Made by a program: the position numbers and the translations under genes. A model generated the notes under the pieces. It had not been told where the DNA came from. It saw only the letters and a program-made list of their open reading frames with translations, and did not search any database. From Salpingoeca rosetta (Eukaryota; Protista; Choanoflagellata), in contig JAWQFM010000014.1 in NCBI GenBank assembly GCA_033442325.1, forward strand, positions 170,950-234,949: a stretch of 64,000 nt of DNA. Direction: 5' to 3'. Below are positions 1 to 12,600 of this stretch, piece after piece. Within the stretch, counting starts at the first letter, position 1. Each line of letters starts with the position of its first letter.

Positions 1-1166
1 TTGCGCACAAGGACGCGGAGGTGGTGGCAGGGAAGAAGCAGGTGCAGGCACTGGAAGCGCGCTGTGCACAACTGCAGGAGCAAGTGAGCAAGCTTGAGGC
101 ACAGGCTGAGGGCAAGCTGACCTCCATGCTGACGGACAACGCATCCGCCCTGGGCACCATCGCCGCACGGCTCGAAGCGCTCTCAGCGAGGCGCGATGAG
201 GGGGAGGAGAGCAAGGAGCGGCACAAGGAGGAGAAGAACATAAGCACGGGCGGCACAGGTGTTGGTGTTTGCGCATCAGAGCCAGAGCAAGCAGCAGAAT
301 CGTCACAGCAACCGCAACAGCAGCAGGAAGAGGAAGGGCAAGGGGAACCGCGTGCTGATGGCGGACGTGCACGTGTGCGGGATGGTGAAGTGCTGGCGAT
401 GCGCGAGTCCCTGGATACGGTGTGTCGGCTGCAGCACACGCTTGTGTCTGCGCTGCAGGAGTTGAAGGAGGACGTGTTGGCGTCCAAGGCGGCCGGTGAC
501 AAAGGCCGCCGCGGCAATGGCAATGGCAATGGCGATGGTAGTGATCATGGTGGTCGTGACGTGGCTGGGAATGGCGGTCGTGACACCACCATGGCCCACA
601 TCGACAACAACAACGACAACGACAACACCAGCGACAACGACACCAGCACAGATGGCGGGACGCCGGAAGCACGTGCGGGTGACTCTGCGGCACAGGCACG
701 CGGGGTGATGAAGCGAGTGGCGTCGAGAAAAGAAGATGGGGAAGAGGAAGACAAAGAGGAAGAAGAGCAGCAGCGACTACTGCTGGATGAGGTCGGGGAG
801 GCGCTGGTGGGGCCGAGCACAGGGCCGTCGCTGCTTGACGTGACCAGCGAGAGTCTGAGCGAGATGCTATCGCTCCACTCGCAACACATTGAGAGCGTGC
901 ACCAGCTCATTGCTGGCGTTGACGGCGATGCTGCCGCTAGTGGTGGCGATGATGCTGTGGCTGTGGCCAATGAGGAGCTGGACACGGCTGTGCAGCAGCT
1001 GTTGGCGGATGTGTTGCACCGGTTGGATCGGTGTGAGGACACGGTGGATGTGTTGTACTCGCAGCAGCAGCTGTCCAGCCTTGCTGCGAGCGGCAGGTTT
1101 GCTTCCCTTGCCCGCAGCTTCTCTGCGGAGGACCCCATGGACGACGACGAGGACTACGTCTTTTGA
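1..1166 (+). CDS. 3' portion (last exon) of an uncharacterised coiled-coil/acidic low-complexity protein; 5' end lies outside the window
   Basis: Long open frame from the window edge to TGA at 1164-1166. It has heptad-like segments (QVQALEARCAQLQEQVSKLEAQ; LDTAVQQLLADVLHRLDRCEDTVDVL) and ends in DDDEDYVF. A GT-repeat 3' region follows. Confidence 0.75.
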   Translation, partial: AHKDAEVVAGKKQVQALEARCAQLQEQVSKLEAQAEGKLTSMLTDNASALGTIAARLEALSARRDEGEESKERHKEEKNISTGGTGVGVCASEPEQAAESSQQPQQQQEEEGQGEPRADGGRARVRDGEVLAMRESLDTVCRLQHTLVSALQELKEDVLASKAAGDKGRRGNGNGNGDGSDHGGRDVAGNGGRDTTMAHIDNNNDNDNTSDNDTSTDGGTPEARAGDSAAQARGVMKRVASRKEDGEEEDKEEEEQQRLLLDEVGEALVGPSTGPSLLDVTSESLSEMLSLHSQHIESVHQLIAGVDGDAAASGGDDAVAVANEELDTAVQQLLADVLHRLDRCEDTVDVLYSQQQLSSLAASGRFASLARSFSAEDPMDDDEDYVF

Positions 1167-1487
1167 CGCGTGCGCGCGCGTGGGCGTAGGTGGATGTTTG
1201 TGTTGTGTGTGTGTGTGTGTGCTTCGTGTGAGCGTTAGAAGTGTGTGTGTGTGTGTGCGGTTCATGTGAGCTTCAGATGTGTGTGTGTGTGTGTGCTTTT
1301 GCTTTGTTGGCTTCTTCCTTTGTGTTGTGTTATGTTACAACAGCGTGCCGACCTTGTTTGCACATTCGAGTACACAAGCTCGTGAACGGTTCATTTGAGG
1401 CAGGCCACGAACAACAAGCTGTCACTGGCACTCGACCCACATGTGCTTCCACATGCCACCTGCTGCTTCACTATGCCACCCACCACC

Positions 1488-1581
<94 letters not shown>

Positions 1582-1629
1582 GTCACACGACGCACAAACT
1601 CACACGACGCACGAACTCACACAACACAG

Positions 1630-3947
1630 GCTGCAGTGAAGGTTGTGAACAAGACACAACTGAGCCAGGAGCACAGGCAGCGCTTGAAGCAGAGCGTGCA
1701 GTCACTCCTCGTGTTGAACCACGCACACATCCTCGACTACTTTTGGCTCCATGAGACAGACGAGCAAGTCTTCTTCTTCACAGAGCACGCACAACGCACC
1801 CTCCTCAAGCACATCCAACAGCATGGCCGGCTTCACCCCGCAACTGCACGGTGCGTGCGTGCGTGTGTGTGTGTATGTGTGTATGTATGTGTGTGTGTGT
1901 GTGTATGTGTGTGCTTGTGTGTGTGCATGCATGGTTTGCGTGTGTGTACTGAGTTTGTTGGGGATAGTGCTACTTGGGCGTTTGTTTCCACCAGCACTAT
2001 CACTCACTGAGCCTCTTGCCTGCGTCATGCGTGCCTGCACCTTCGCCCATTCACCCGTCCACACCACAGGCGGTTCTTTGGCCAGCTGACGAGCGCGGTC
2101 GACTTTGTGCACTCCAAAGGTGTTGCCCACCGCAACATCAAGCTCGAACACATCCTCCTCTTCCCAAACAACACCGTCAAGCTCACAGGCTTTGGCTTCT
2201 CCGCACAGGTGCGTGCACAAGTGCATTTTTTTTGTATGTGTGTGTATTTGTGTGTGCCTGCGTTTCTGAGGACCGGGCCAGTACATCTGCCAAGCCCACA
2301 GACACGCAGACGCAGACACACTGACAAACAGGCACAGGCGCAGGCATATACCCTCCCCCCCCACTTTTCCCCTCTCACCCACTTTGCTCGCCCCGGCTCA
2401 CCAACGCACCCATTCAACCCTCGTCCCTTCTTCCCACACTCCAGGCACACGAGACCCACAGTGCCGCGAGCATTGTTGTGGATGCGCCCCACTACGCCGC
2501 GCCAGAGTACTTCTCCCGCCTTGCTGCAGACTACGACTCGCGCGCAGCCGACATGTGGGCGCTCGGCGTCGTGCTGTATGCCATGGTCCGCGGCACCATG
2601 CCCCACCGCGGCTCAACCCTCGCCCAGCTCTCCATGAGCGTGCTGTGCCGTCGCCCAGAGGCAGCTGTCGCCTGTCGCCGCCTCTCCTCCATCCTGTCCC
2701 TCCTCTTTGCACGTGACTGGCGCGCGCGCGCCACAGCCGCAGCCGTTCTCCAGCACGCCTACACATCCACGGCACCCGCAACGCCAGCATCATCAGCGCA
2801 GCAGCAGCTGCTGCAGCAGCGACGGCGTGAACTGTCCTCGGCGACCCTGGACCGTCTGGTGCGCGCGCGCATGATTGCGCTTGGATTTGAGCCGCGCCAA
2901 CTCGACGTCGCGCTCAAAATCACCTTCAGCCAGCAGAGCGCCATCGCCAACGTGCTGCGTGCACACCTGCGCTATCAGCACCAGCGCCACGCCCATGCTC
3001 AGGGCACGTGCCTGTGCAACGCGGCCTCGTGCGCATTCAGTCCAGCACCCATGCCTGCAAGCACGGCTCCCACCGCCGCCACAGGCGAGGGCGCATCGTC
3101 GGTGCGGTCTCCGCTCCGGCCACCGCAACGCACACACGCAGCAGGCACAACACAAGCAGCAGGCCAGCAGCAGCAGCAACAGCAGCAACAGCAGCAGCAG
3201 CAGCAGCGTTCCTCAACCATCACCTCGTACACGCGCAACACCACGGCTGCATCGTCGTCGCCAGGAAGCGCACCGGCATCCATGCGTGGCGCAGCCATCA
3301 AGTCGCTGCCAGCGCACGTGTGCAGGGACTGCGGCGAGACACTGGCTGTTGAAGAGCACAGCGAGCACAACAGCAGCGCGCGCACCCATCGCACCGCCAC
3401 CAGCAGCAACGCAAGCAGCGGCAGTAACAGCGCAGCAGCGGCCTCATCGACCACCACCACCACCACCGCAACAGCACCGGCCCGCGTTGCGGTCGGGTTT
3501 GACGTCGATTCGGACTCGGAACTGGACATGTCAGATGACGAGGAGATGGAGAGCGAGGACAACCATCACCACCACCACGACGGCAGCCATGCCTGCACCC
3601 ACAATGCACGCGACGGCGACGAACACAAGGCAAAGGCTTTCACTCCCCACACGGATGCATCATCATCGTCGCCACCATCTGCCACAGCACCTCGCCGGCC
3701 CTCAGCATCACGCGTTTCGAAGCGCCGCCGCCGCCGCAGCTCACACGCGCGCGGACGCAGCAAGCGGACACGGCGCGTGCAGGCGCTGGTGCGCATGGCA
3801 GCGCGACAGGCCATGGCGGAGGAGGAGGACTTTACTGCCGGCGAAGCCGACGTGAACACGTGCGGCAGCGGTGCGGAGGGCACCAGCCATGCTGGTGAGC
3901 ATGTTAGTGTCGATGTCGATGCGCTCATCTCCACGCTCCTGGACCAC

Positions 3948-3996
<49 letters not shown>

Positions 3997-4394
3997 CAGC
4001 ATTGGACGGCAATGCATCCGCTTTGCAGCGCCAGCACAGCGTCAATGGCCATCACGCAGTCAACCAATCCCCTGCAGCCCAACAACAGCAGCTGCAGCAG
4101 GAACAGGAACAGCAGCAGCTTGGATGCCTGTTGCCTGGCGAAGGCAGTGCGGAGAGCAAGCTTGCTCGCTTGCGCCATGCCATGAAGAAGTGCATCGGCC
4201 AGACGCTTGCTCTTCGCGCCGCCCCGGCCTTTCGTCTGACTGCGGTGCACCCGGCGACCACAACTCCGCTCCCCGTTGTCGGAGAAGCGGCAGCATCGCA
4301 CACGGGCAGCGAGAGCGACTGCAACCCGTACAAGCGCAGCAAGCAGACGACGTCTGCACGCAGCGAGGGCCAAGATGGGGCCGAACGGTCCTAG
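1630..4394 (+). CDS. CAMK-group (MARK/SIK/AMPK-related) pseudokinase with UBA-like domain and long S/Q/A-rich tail; 5' exon(s) unresolved
   Basis: Exons join in frame through GT-AG introns: ~1630-1850 (AAVKVVNK...LNHAHILDYF...FFFTEHA), 2070-2208 (RFFGQLTSAVDFVHSKGVAHRNIKLEHILL...VKLTGFGFS) and 2445-4394 (YAAPE, DMWALGVVLYAMVRGTMP, RATAAAVLQHAY). The UBA-like segment LDRLVRARMIALGFEPRQLDVAL follows the kinase domain. Confidence 0.8.
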
Positions 4395-5009
4395 AGCACT
4401 TAGCAATCATAGTATAGTGGCTGTGTGTATTGTCATACAATGAATGTCCTTCATCCCCGACACAGCTTGAAATCCGGGCGTGTGCTTGTTACATCACGTA
4501 GTGACTGGCGTGCGCCGTTCATTCCACAGCCATAACCACCCTCCCTCTCCGCATCGCATGCACATGTTGCACCCTCAGCCCTTCATTCCTGGCACCCGTG
4601 CGACGTCACGTCTTCCCCTCTTCCCATCTCTGCATGCATATTGACATTTGCCCTGCCCGTTGCAGCCCTTTTCTCTTCCCCCTCTTTTTTCCTTTTCTCT
4701 CTCCGCGATGTCATTTGCATTATCATTTCCAGTCTCATGTATGCTAGCATCCATTCGCCAATCGTCTCAGCCTGGGTCGTTTATCGACACGGAAATGCAT
4801 TACAAACACACACGACGCACACCCGAGTCACGACTGCATTGACGCGCGCGAACGTGGTGGTGGTGGTGGGGGGGGGGGATAAGGGGCGGACGCGCGCGTG
4901 TGGTGTGTGTGTGTGGGGGGGGGGATAAAGATACGCTGCGGCGTGCCTGACGCACAAACCTTAACTTCCGCAACACTAAGAAGCAGCAGTGATTAGTAGG
5001 GTTAAGTGG

Positions 5010-5151
5010 TCAGCTTTCTTCCTTGTGTTCACCTCGCTCTGATTTTACATCTTGTTCCTGTTGTTGTCGTTGTTGTTGTTGTGGTTGTTGTGGTTGTTGT
5101 CGTTGTTGTTGTTGTCGTTGTTGTTGTTGTCGTTGTTGTGGTTGTTGTCGT

Positions 5152-5185
<34 letters not shown>

Positions 5186-6060
5186 GTTGTTGTTCTTCAT
5201 CTTCATCTTCTTCTTCTTCATCTTCTTCTCCTTCTTGTTCCTCTTGTCCTTCTTCCTCCGCTAGTTCTCCCTTGACCCCTTGCTTCCTTGTCTCTTGTTG
5301 TTGTTCCTCGTCTCCTACTCTGCGTGCGGTGCCATCCCGTTCGTCTTCTTGTTCAACGGTTGTCTTCTCTTCTGCCCTATTCACCACCACACCTGCCTCG
5401 TCCTCGTCCTCCTCGTCTTCCCAGCCGTCTTCGTCATCCTCCTCGCCAGATGTTTCTGCTTCCTGCATCCTGCGCAGTGCCTGTAATCGCCTCGCTGCTT
5501 CCACTCGCCTTCGCTCTGCCTCCTGCTTGCGTTTCCTCTCCTCTGCCCTCCACGCGGACAGCGAATTGGGTTGTCGTGCATCCGGCAGTTCGTCTGGCAA
5601 GAACTTGTCCCGGATCAGTTCCTGTGTCATGAGTGCAATGGCCTCGACTGTCGCCTGCGGCAGCATTGGCCTGGACATTCGAATCGTCGTGCCTTCAAGC
5701 ATCATGTTCAAGCTCCCAAAAATGGCATCCTTCAGGTCCTGTGGTGGGTGGGAGATGGTTGGCGCCGACAACATGCAAGCAGCAAGGGAGGGGGGGGGGG
5801 CGATAAGGACGAGCTTTGCTCAAAACTAGCGGGCGAGGCAGAAAGTTGGACAGAGGGGCAACCAAAGACGGAAAGACATGGGTGGAGAGAGTGGCAAACA
5901 CATAGACACATAGACACACACACACACAGACAGACAGACAGACAGGCACAGACAGACAGACAGACAGACAGGCACAGACACAGACAGACACACGCACGCA
6001 CGCACAGACACAGACACAGACACAGACACAGACACAGACACAGACACAGACACAGACACA

Positions 6061-6100
<40 letters not shown>

Positions 6101-7181
6101 GAATTCTCACTCGAGGTGGAGGCGGGAGGTCGGGCAGGTCCTGGTAGAACGAAGAGTCCTTTGGGATGCGTGGCATCTTGAGGCCAGGCACGAAACGGCC
6201 GGCCTTCTCATCGTCAGACGATTGGATGACTTCGGCATACTCATCATCTTCCTCTTCTTCTTCTTCCTTCTTCTTGCTGGGCTTTGGAGGCCGGACTCGC
6301 GTGGGCGGGGGCGGGGTGTACTGCCGCTTGCTCCGCGTCGATTCTGTCTGTGCTGTAGATGCAGATGTGGACGAGGCACCAGCGGCTCCGCTTGCAGTTG
6401 TGCTTGTAGACGCGGAGGAGGAAGCTGGTCCCCGTCCTCTCGAAGACGATGACGCACGTCGCGTGCGAGAGCTTGAGGATGAAGAAGGTTGTGCTGAGTC
6501 GAGAGAAGAGGACGACAGTGTGCTGATCTCACGACGCTTTCTCTCCACCACCATTGCACCCGAAGCACGTCCCATTTCTTCTTCTTCTTCTTCCTCCTCC
6601 TCCGCCACCACTTCTTCCTCCTCCTCCTCATCATCAGGCTGGTCATCCCGCCTTTCACCACCACGCGCCACTCTGTGTTCCTCACTTGCCGCAGCCATAC
6701 TGCCTGCCACTTCCTGCATATCCTCTTCATCTTCCTGCACATCTGCTGCAGCCAACGCGGCTTCCTGAAAGGCCTCAACTTGTACCACCTCTTCTTCGGC
6801 AGCCTCTTCTTGTACCACCGCCTCTTGCATGAGCTCTACATCTTCCACAACACTGTTTCCTTGCTGCACAGCCACAGCTTCACCTTGCTCCTGTGCACTG
6901 TCTTCTTCCTGGCCTACTCCGTCTGCAGTGTCGTGCTGCTTCGTCGTGTGCTTCGTCTTGTGCTTCTTGTGCTTTTTCCTGTGCTTCTTCTTGTGCTTCT
7001 TGTGCTTCTTCTTCTTCTTGTCGCTGGCCTTGTGTCGCTTCCTCGCGGGCGATCCATCCCCACTGTCCTCCTCAGCGTCTGCGGTGGCTTCAACCACGCT
7101 GTGGTCCTCGGTGTCGCTGTCACCACGTGCATGCGCAGCACCCACATCATCGCTGCTGCCGCTTTCGTTGCCCTCTTCCAT
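5010..7181 (-). CDS. Uncharacterised acidic/Lys-His-rich low-complexity protein (probably nuclear), 2 exons
   Basis: ATG at 7181 (MEEGNESG). Exon 7181-6111, GTGAG...CAG intron 6110-5739, exon 5738-5010, all in frame. Contains a KKKKKHKKHKKKHRKK tract, E-rich and Q-rich runs, and a small helical core DLKDAIFGSLNMMLEG...TVEAIALMTQELIRD. Confidence 0.7.
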
Positions 7182-7371
7182 CTTCGTCCTGTGTGGGCAA
7201 AATGAGATAAACCGAACGAAGAGGGGCGGCAAAATCACAACCACAACGAACGACCGCTGCTCACTGCAACGCAGACACACACAGACAGACACATACAGAC
7301 AGACACACACACACACACAGACACATACAGACACAGACACACACACACACACAGGCACACACAGACGGACA
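7182..7371. promoter_or_regulatory. Putative bidirectional promoter (uncharacterised gene / UBL5)
   Basis: Divergent ATGs only 190 bp apart, with a CA/CAGA-rich spacer. Confidence 0.6.
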
Positions 7372-7993
7372 ATGATTGAGATTACTTGCAATGACCGCCT
7401 TGGCAAGAAGGTCCGCGTCAAGTGCAAGTGAGTAACGTCAAACGACCAAACGACATCCTTGCATCCGTGCTATCAAATGCAATGCAACCATGCCTTTGCG
7501 TTCCTGTTTGCCTTGTGTGCTGTGCACTGACATGCCTCCTCACGATCACCGATGTGCTGCTGGATTCCTTGCAGTGAGGATGACACCGTCGGCGACCTGA
7601 AGAAGTTGGTGGCTGCATTGACGGGTACACGTGCGGATAAGATTATCTTGAAGAAGTGGTGCGTTGCTATGCGCATGTGTGCACCGCTTGCCACCTGCGC
7701 ATGCTTGCACCCCTGAGCAAGTGAGGTCTTCCACTTGACCTTCATACAACCCACACCCACCCACCCACCCACACACACACACACTCTCACTCTCACTCAC
7801 TCACATACTCACTCACACATATACCCACACTCACTCACTCTCTCTCTCTCTAACTCCCGCACACGCCCACACGCCCACACCCCCTCCCACACACTCAACA
7901 CTTGCGTACAGGTACACCATCTTCAAGGATCACATTACGCTGGCAGACTACGAAATCCACGACGGCATGAACCTCGAGCTCTATTACCAGTAA
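7372..7993 (+). CDS. UBL5: Ubiquitin-like protein 5 (Hub1)
   Basis: Exons 7372-7427, 7575-7658 and 7912-7993 give [73 protein letters not shown], with the diagnostic C-terminal YY. Confidence 0.98.
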
Positions 7994-8572
7994 TGCAGAG
8001 AAGGCCTGCGTGCCTTTTGCTGCTTTGTATTAACCCCACGCCCTCTTCTCCCTTTCAGTCTTTCGGTCTTTCTGTTTCCTCCTCCCTTCTCTCTTGTTAA
8101 TTGACGACGCCTTGAGGCAGTGGCCAGCGCCGTCGCCGCTGTTGCGCCTGCTGCTGAGTGGCCCTTTGTTGTGTGGACGCGCTAGCACAACCATGCACGT
8201 TGTCGCAGTCATATTCGCTGCTACGGCCGTGTCTCGCCCGTCCGTCCCTGTGTCGCTCGTGCCATTGTTGCAGCGCTCGCGTGTTTCGTGTCGTACAGCG
8301 CATCAGCGGCCCTTGCCCTGAGTTTTCATTGCATATCATGTGTACTGATTCGCATGTGGTCAGGCACGCAAGTAGCCAAAGCAAACGATGGTGGCCGCCC
8401 GTGGCACATTAAAGCAACGCGCGCGCGTGTAATGTAACCATCACAATCAGTGTGTAACATAACATTGTAACCGCACAACAGAAAGCACCTATGGAGAGCT
8501 GTGTCAACATTGAAATCACAGCCCACATACAAACAAAAACCCACCCCCACTCCACCCCCACCCCCACACTTC

Positions 8573-8729
8573 TCAAACGTATCCTTGCATCTCTTCTGGT
8601 TCATCAAACCCTTGCTCTTGTGCAAGCGCGACACCGCCACCCACATCACCACCATCATCGTCGCTGTCGTGGCCACCAGCACCGTGCCGCGCTCGCGAAA
8701 ACGCAGAGAATGCAGCAGGTGCACCACCG

Positions 8730-8767
<38 letters not shown>

Positions 8768-9293
8768 GTCATCCTCCTCGTCACTGGAGTTGACACGAAC
8801 AGGTCCGCTCGGCATGTACCGCATACCACCACCACCACCACGCGACGCTACGCTATAGTCGCCCCCGTCGTCATCGTCCGAGTCGTCGTAGGTGGGCGCC
8901 ACGTTGTCCTCGTCAAACTTGCCCAGCACATCGGGGCCAACCTCTTGCCAGTCCTCGCTCCACACGCACAGCGACGAGAAGTTGGGCAGCCCCGCCACAA
9001 CAGATGCGCCCTGGAACGCGGCGTGGTGGCGGTGTGGCGACGCGTGCACCTTCACTGCACACGCAGCCGGCAGCGTGTACTGCAGCTCCGTCTCTAGGCG
9101 CTCGGCAAACCCGGGCAGCATGGTGGTGCCGCCGCTGAGGTAGATGTTGCGGCTCAGCGTCTTGCGCATGTCGATGCTGCTCGCCATAATCGCCTTCTCC
9201 ACCACCTGGTGCAGCCCAGGCACATCCTGCATGCATGGTGCGGTGTGTGTGTGTGTGTGTGTGTTTGCGTTGGTGAGGGCTGAATTGCACACA

Positions 9294-9389
<96 letters not shown>

Positions 9390-9560
9390 TGTACACAGGC
9401 TCGTAGACAGGGAACCAAACAAACAGGTAGACAGTCGGCAGATTCTCAAGCATTTACACACAGTCACAGATCCGCACGTACACACAGACACACAGACACA
9501 CAGAGACATACATGCACACAGGCACACAGAGACATACACATGCACAGACACCCTCCCCCC

Positions 9561-9610
<50 letters not shown>

Positions 9611-12600
9611 CACAACGCAACAACAATACAACCCCCCCCCCCCACACACACAAACACACAAACACACAACTGACCTTGCCCCAGAGGTCTGGCTGGAACA
9701 GCCCCTCTGAGCAGCGGAAGCGCGGGCCCTTGAGCTCAAACTTCTTTGAGCCGTCCGGCACAGCAAAGCGACGCGCATCGACAATGCCGGGCGCAATGCG
9801 GTCTTGCTCTTCATCCTCCAGCGCACCAACGTAGTCCTTGGCCACATACGCCACGCGTTCCTTGACCAGCCGCCCAATGTATCGCTCCACGGGCGAGAAG
9901 AACCGGTGCCCTTGCTCGCTCATCATGCGCGTCAGCTGCTCCGTCACCTCGCCGCCGCCAACTCGGAGCTTGGTCACGCCTCGCTCAATCATGTACCCCG
10001 AGTCGAGCGGAATCACGTCGCACCGCTGGCCCACGTCCACAACCACGCCCGTCGTGGCGCCGTACGAGTACATGGACAGCAGCCCCTGGTGCTTCATGTA
10101 TAGCGCAGGGATGCCATATGTCTCCATCATAATCTCCGCCATGCGTGTGCGGTCGCGCTTGGTCATAAACTGCGGCTCCGTCAGGATCACCGTGCGCTCC
10201 CCAGCGTCAACGTCGAGCTCCGCAAACAGGTGCCCGTACAGCGTGTCAAGCAGGTCCATGCTCGTCGCGTCAGAGAACGTGTCTGCGCTCTGCAGCGGGT
10301 AGCGGATGTTGGACGACGCACGAACACCGGGGTGCAGGGCCGGAATGCCGCACACGCGCACGCCCGCGTCCGCCTTGTTCACCGCAACACACGTCGGCAT
10401 GTAGAGGCTGGGCCACGCCAGGCCTGTCTCCGCGTACCCTGCGCGCACAGACGCGCCGCCAATGTCGAAGATGAGCGTGTTTCGCAGCTCGCGCAGCTTC
10501 GCCTCAGACTTTGGCGCGCGCCGCCGCAGCGTGGTGGCCTCTGCATCCAGGGCAAGCTTCCAGTCTTCAAGCTCCGTGGTGGATGACGCCCGCAGCACCA
10601 TGTTCACCTTCTTGCGCGGGTCGTAAATCTCCAGCAGGTTTCCGCCCTTGTACCGGATCTCGGATCCGCGCAGCCGGATAAACCCGGACGCCCGCTTGGC
10701 GCGCTCCTCGTCGTAGTAGAACAGCTCGCCATCGCGCGCCTTGAAGTATCGCCGGTGCCACCGCTTCAGCACAGACGACTTGTGCGTGCCCTTTGGCAGC
10801 TTCTCCAGGTACCCTTCGATGCGCACGGGCCCACCACCGCCAAGCACAGACGTGGTTGACGCCGTGCGGCTGCCGGTGTCGCTGCTGCTGCTGCCGCCAT
10901 CGCCATCGCCGCTCCCGCCACTGCGCTCCTCCGGGCGCGGGCTCTCGTACAGCACTTTCAGCAGCGGCGTCGGGTCCCACTCACTCGAGCTCGCAAACTT
11001 GATCTTCACCTCCTCGTCACCGGCCTTGAGGTCGATGTTTCCGTACTCATCAACAAGGAAGTTGCCCTCCACACGGTACTTTGGTGCGCTGCTCTTCCCA
11101 CCACCACCAACACCAACAACACTACCACCGCTTGTCGTGGTGTCGGATGTGTTCGTGCCACCACCGCCTCCTCCAACACCAGCCAGCACACTTGTGCTAC
11201 CACTGCGACTGCCAGCAGCCACGCGTTTGGCCACTGCCTGCCGCTTCTCCTCTGCTGCCTTCTGGTCGTCGCTCGTGAGCGGAAGCATCCCGTCCTTGTC
11301 CTTTGCGCGCAGCTGCGTCCGCTGCCAGTTGTTCAGCAGCAGCGCATTGGCCGCGTGCGTCTGCCACTCCATGCCTGCACGCAGGATGGTGCCCACGTCC
11401 TTGGGGTCGCTCACGCCAACTTCCTCAAGCTCCTGTGCCTGCATGCAAACAACCACACGCAGGTCGTCAAACCCGGCCTGCAGGAACGTGTCCACGTGTG
11501 CGCTCAGACCAAGAGCGGACAGGAACGCCGGAACCGTGACGGGCAGGACAATGGCTCCGCTTTCATCCTTCTGGCACAGCTGAGGTGCCGACTGCTGCGT
11601 TGGTGAGGGCGTTGCTTGTCGTGCCTCTTGCTGTTGCTGTTGGTCCTTCTCTGGTTGCTGTTGTTTGTGTTCTGTCGCACCACTTTCATCCTTCTGTTTG
11701 CTCTCCGTGACGGTGATGGTCGTTGTCGCTGTCGATTTCTTGTTTGAAGCAGCAGCTACAACAGCAGCAGAAGGTGCACCCTTTGATGCTGTTGTGCCAC
11801 CTGCTCGCTGGCCTTCTTGCTGTTGTTGCTGTTGTTGTTGCTGTTGTTGCTGTTGCTTCTTACCCTGCTTACCCTTCTTACCCTTCTTGTCTCCTGTCTT
11901 CGCTGCTTCTGCTGGCTTCACCTTCACCGCCTTTGTGCCCCGTGCGGCTGCTGCGCCCTGGGCCTGCTTCGACCGGCGCCTCTCCTTTGCGCGCGTGCTC
12001 GCCAGGCTGTCAAACAGGTCCTCCTCCACCTGGTGAACCCCCTTGAACCCCTGGCCCGCGGCATCCTCATCCTCCTCCACGGCGAGCGGCACGGCCTCTT
12101 CCTCGTCCAGGCCCGCGTGCCTGGCGAGAATCCGGTCTGCGAACTCGAAACTCGTCACACACCCTCGCGTACTCGCGTCAATTGAAGCAGCGATGGCGCG
12201 GAGATAGGAGATGGGGAGGGAGGCAAGGTCGTCGCGATCCGTGTCGTCAAAGTCGACGGTGAAGGTGGACGGGAGGAGGTCTGGAGCAACAGGCTCGTCC
12301 GGGGCGAAGAAGAAGCGGTGCAGGGCCGGGTCCAGTTGGTAGTCATCACCACGTGCGAGGGAGGTGAAGAACTCGGCAAAGGTGTCGCTGCTGCTGTCTG
12401 GTGGCGGCAGCGGCGTTGGCAGCGGGAAGCCCGTGCTCTCCTCAAGCTGGGACGCGAGCCACTCCATCTCCGCATACACGCGGCGGACAACAGACTTGGA
12501 GACGGGGAAGCACGACTCATCGGTTACGAACGTCAGCTGCACAAGGCAAGGGGTGGGGCGAAGGAGGTGGAGGGGAAGGCAAGGGGAGGTGAGGGATTTG

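Noticed and set aside
1344-1629. Possible upstream kinase exon (HIRVHKLVNGSFE) using a GC donor at ~1400, or fusion to the upstream ORF
   Set aside because: The donor context is weak, there is no Gly-rich loop or convincing start, and no phase-compatible link to the upstream gene. Left unresolved.
5023-7431. Antisense poly-C/poly-S/poly-L ORFs opposite real genes (also at 14152-15642, 38109-39401 and 60229-61713)
   Set aside because: Shadow frames of GC-rich, trinucleotide-repeat coding sequence with no domain signal.
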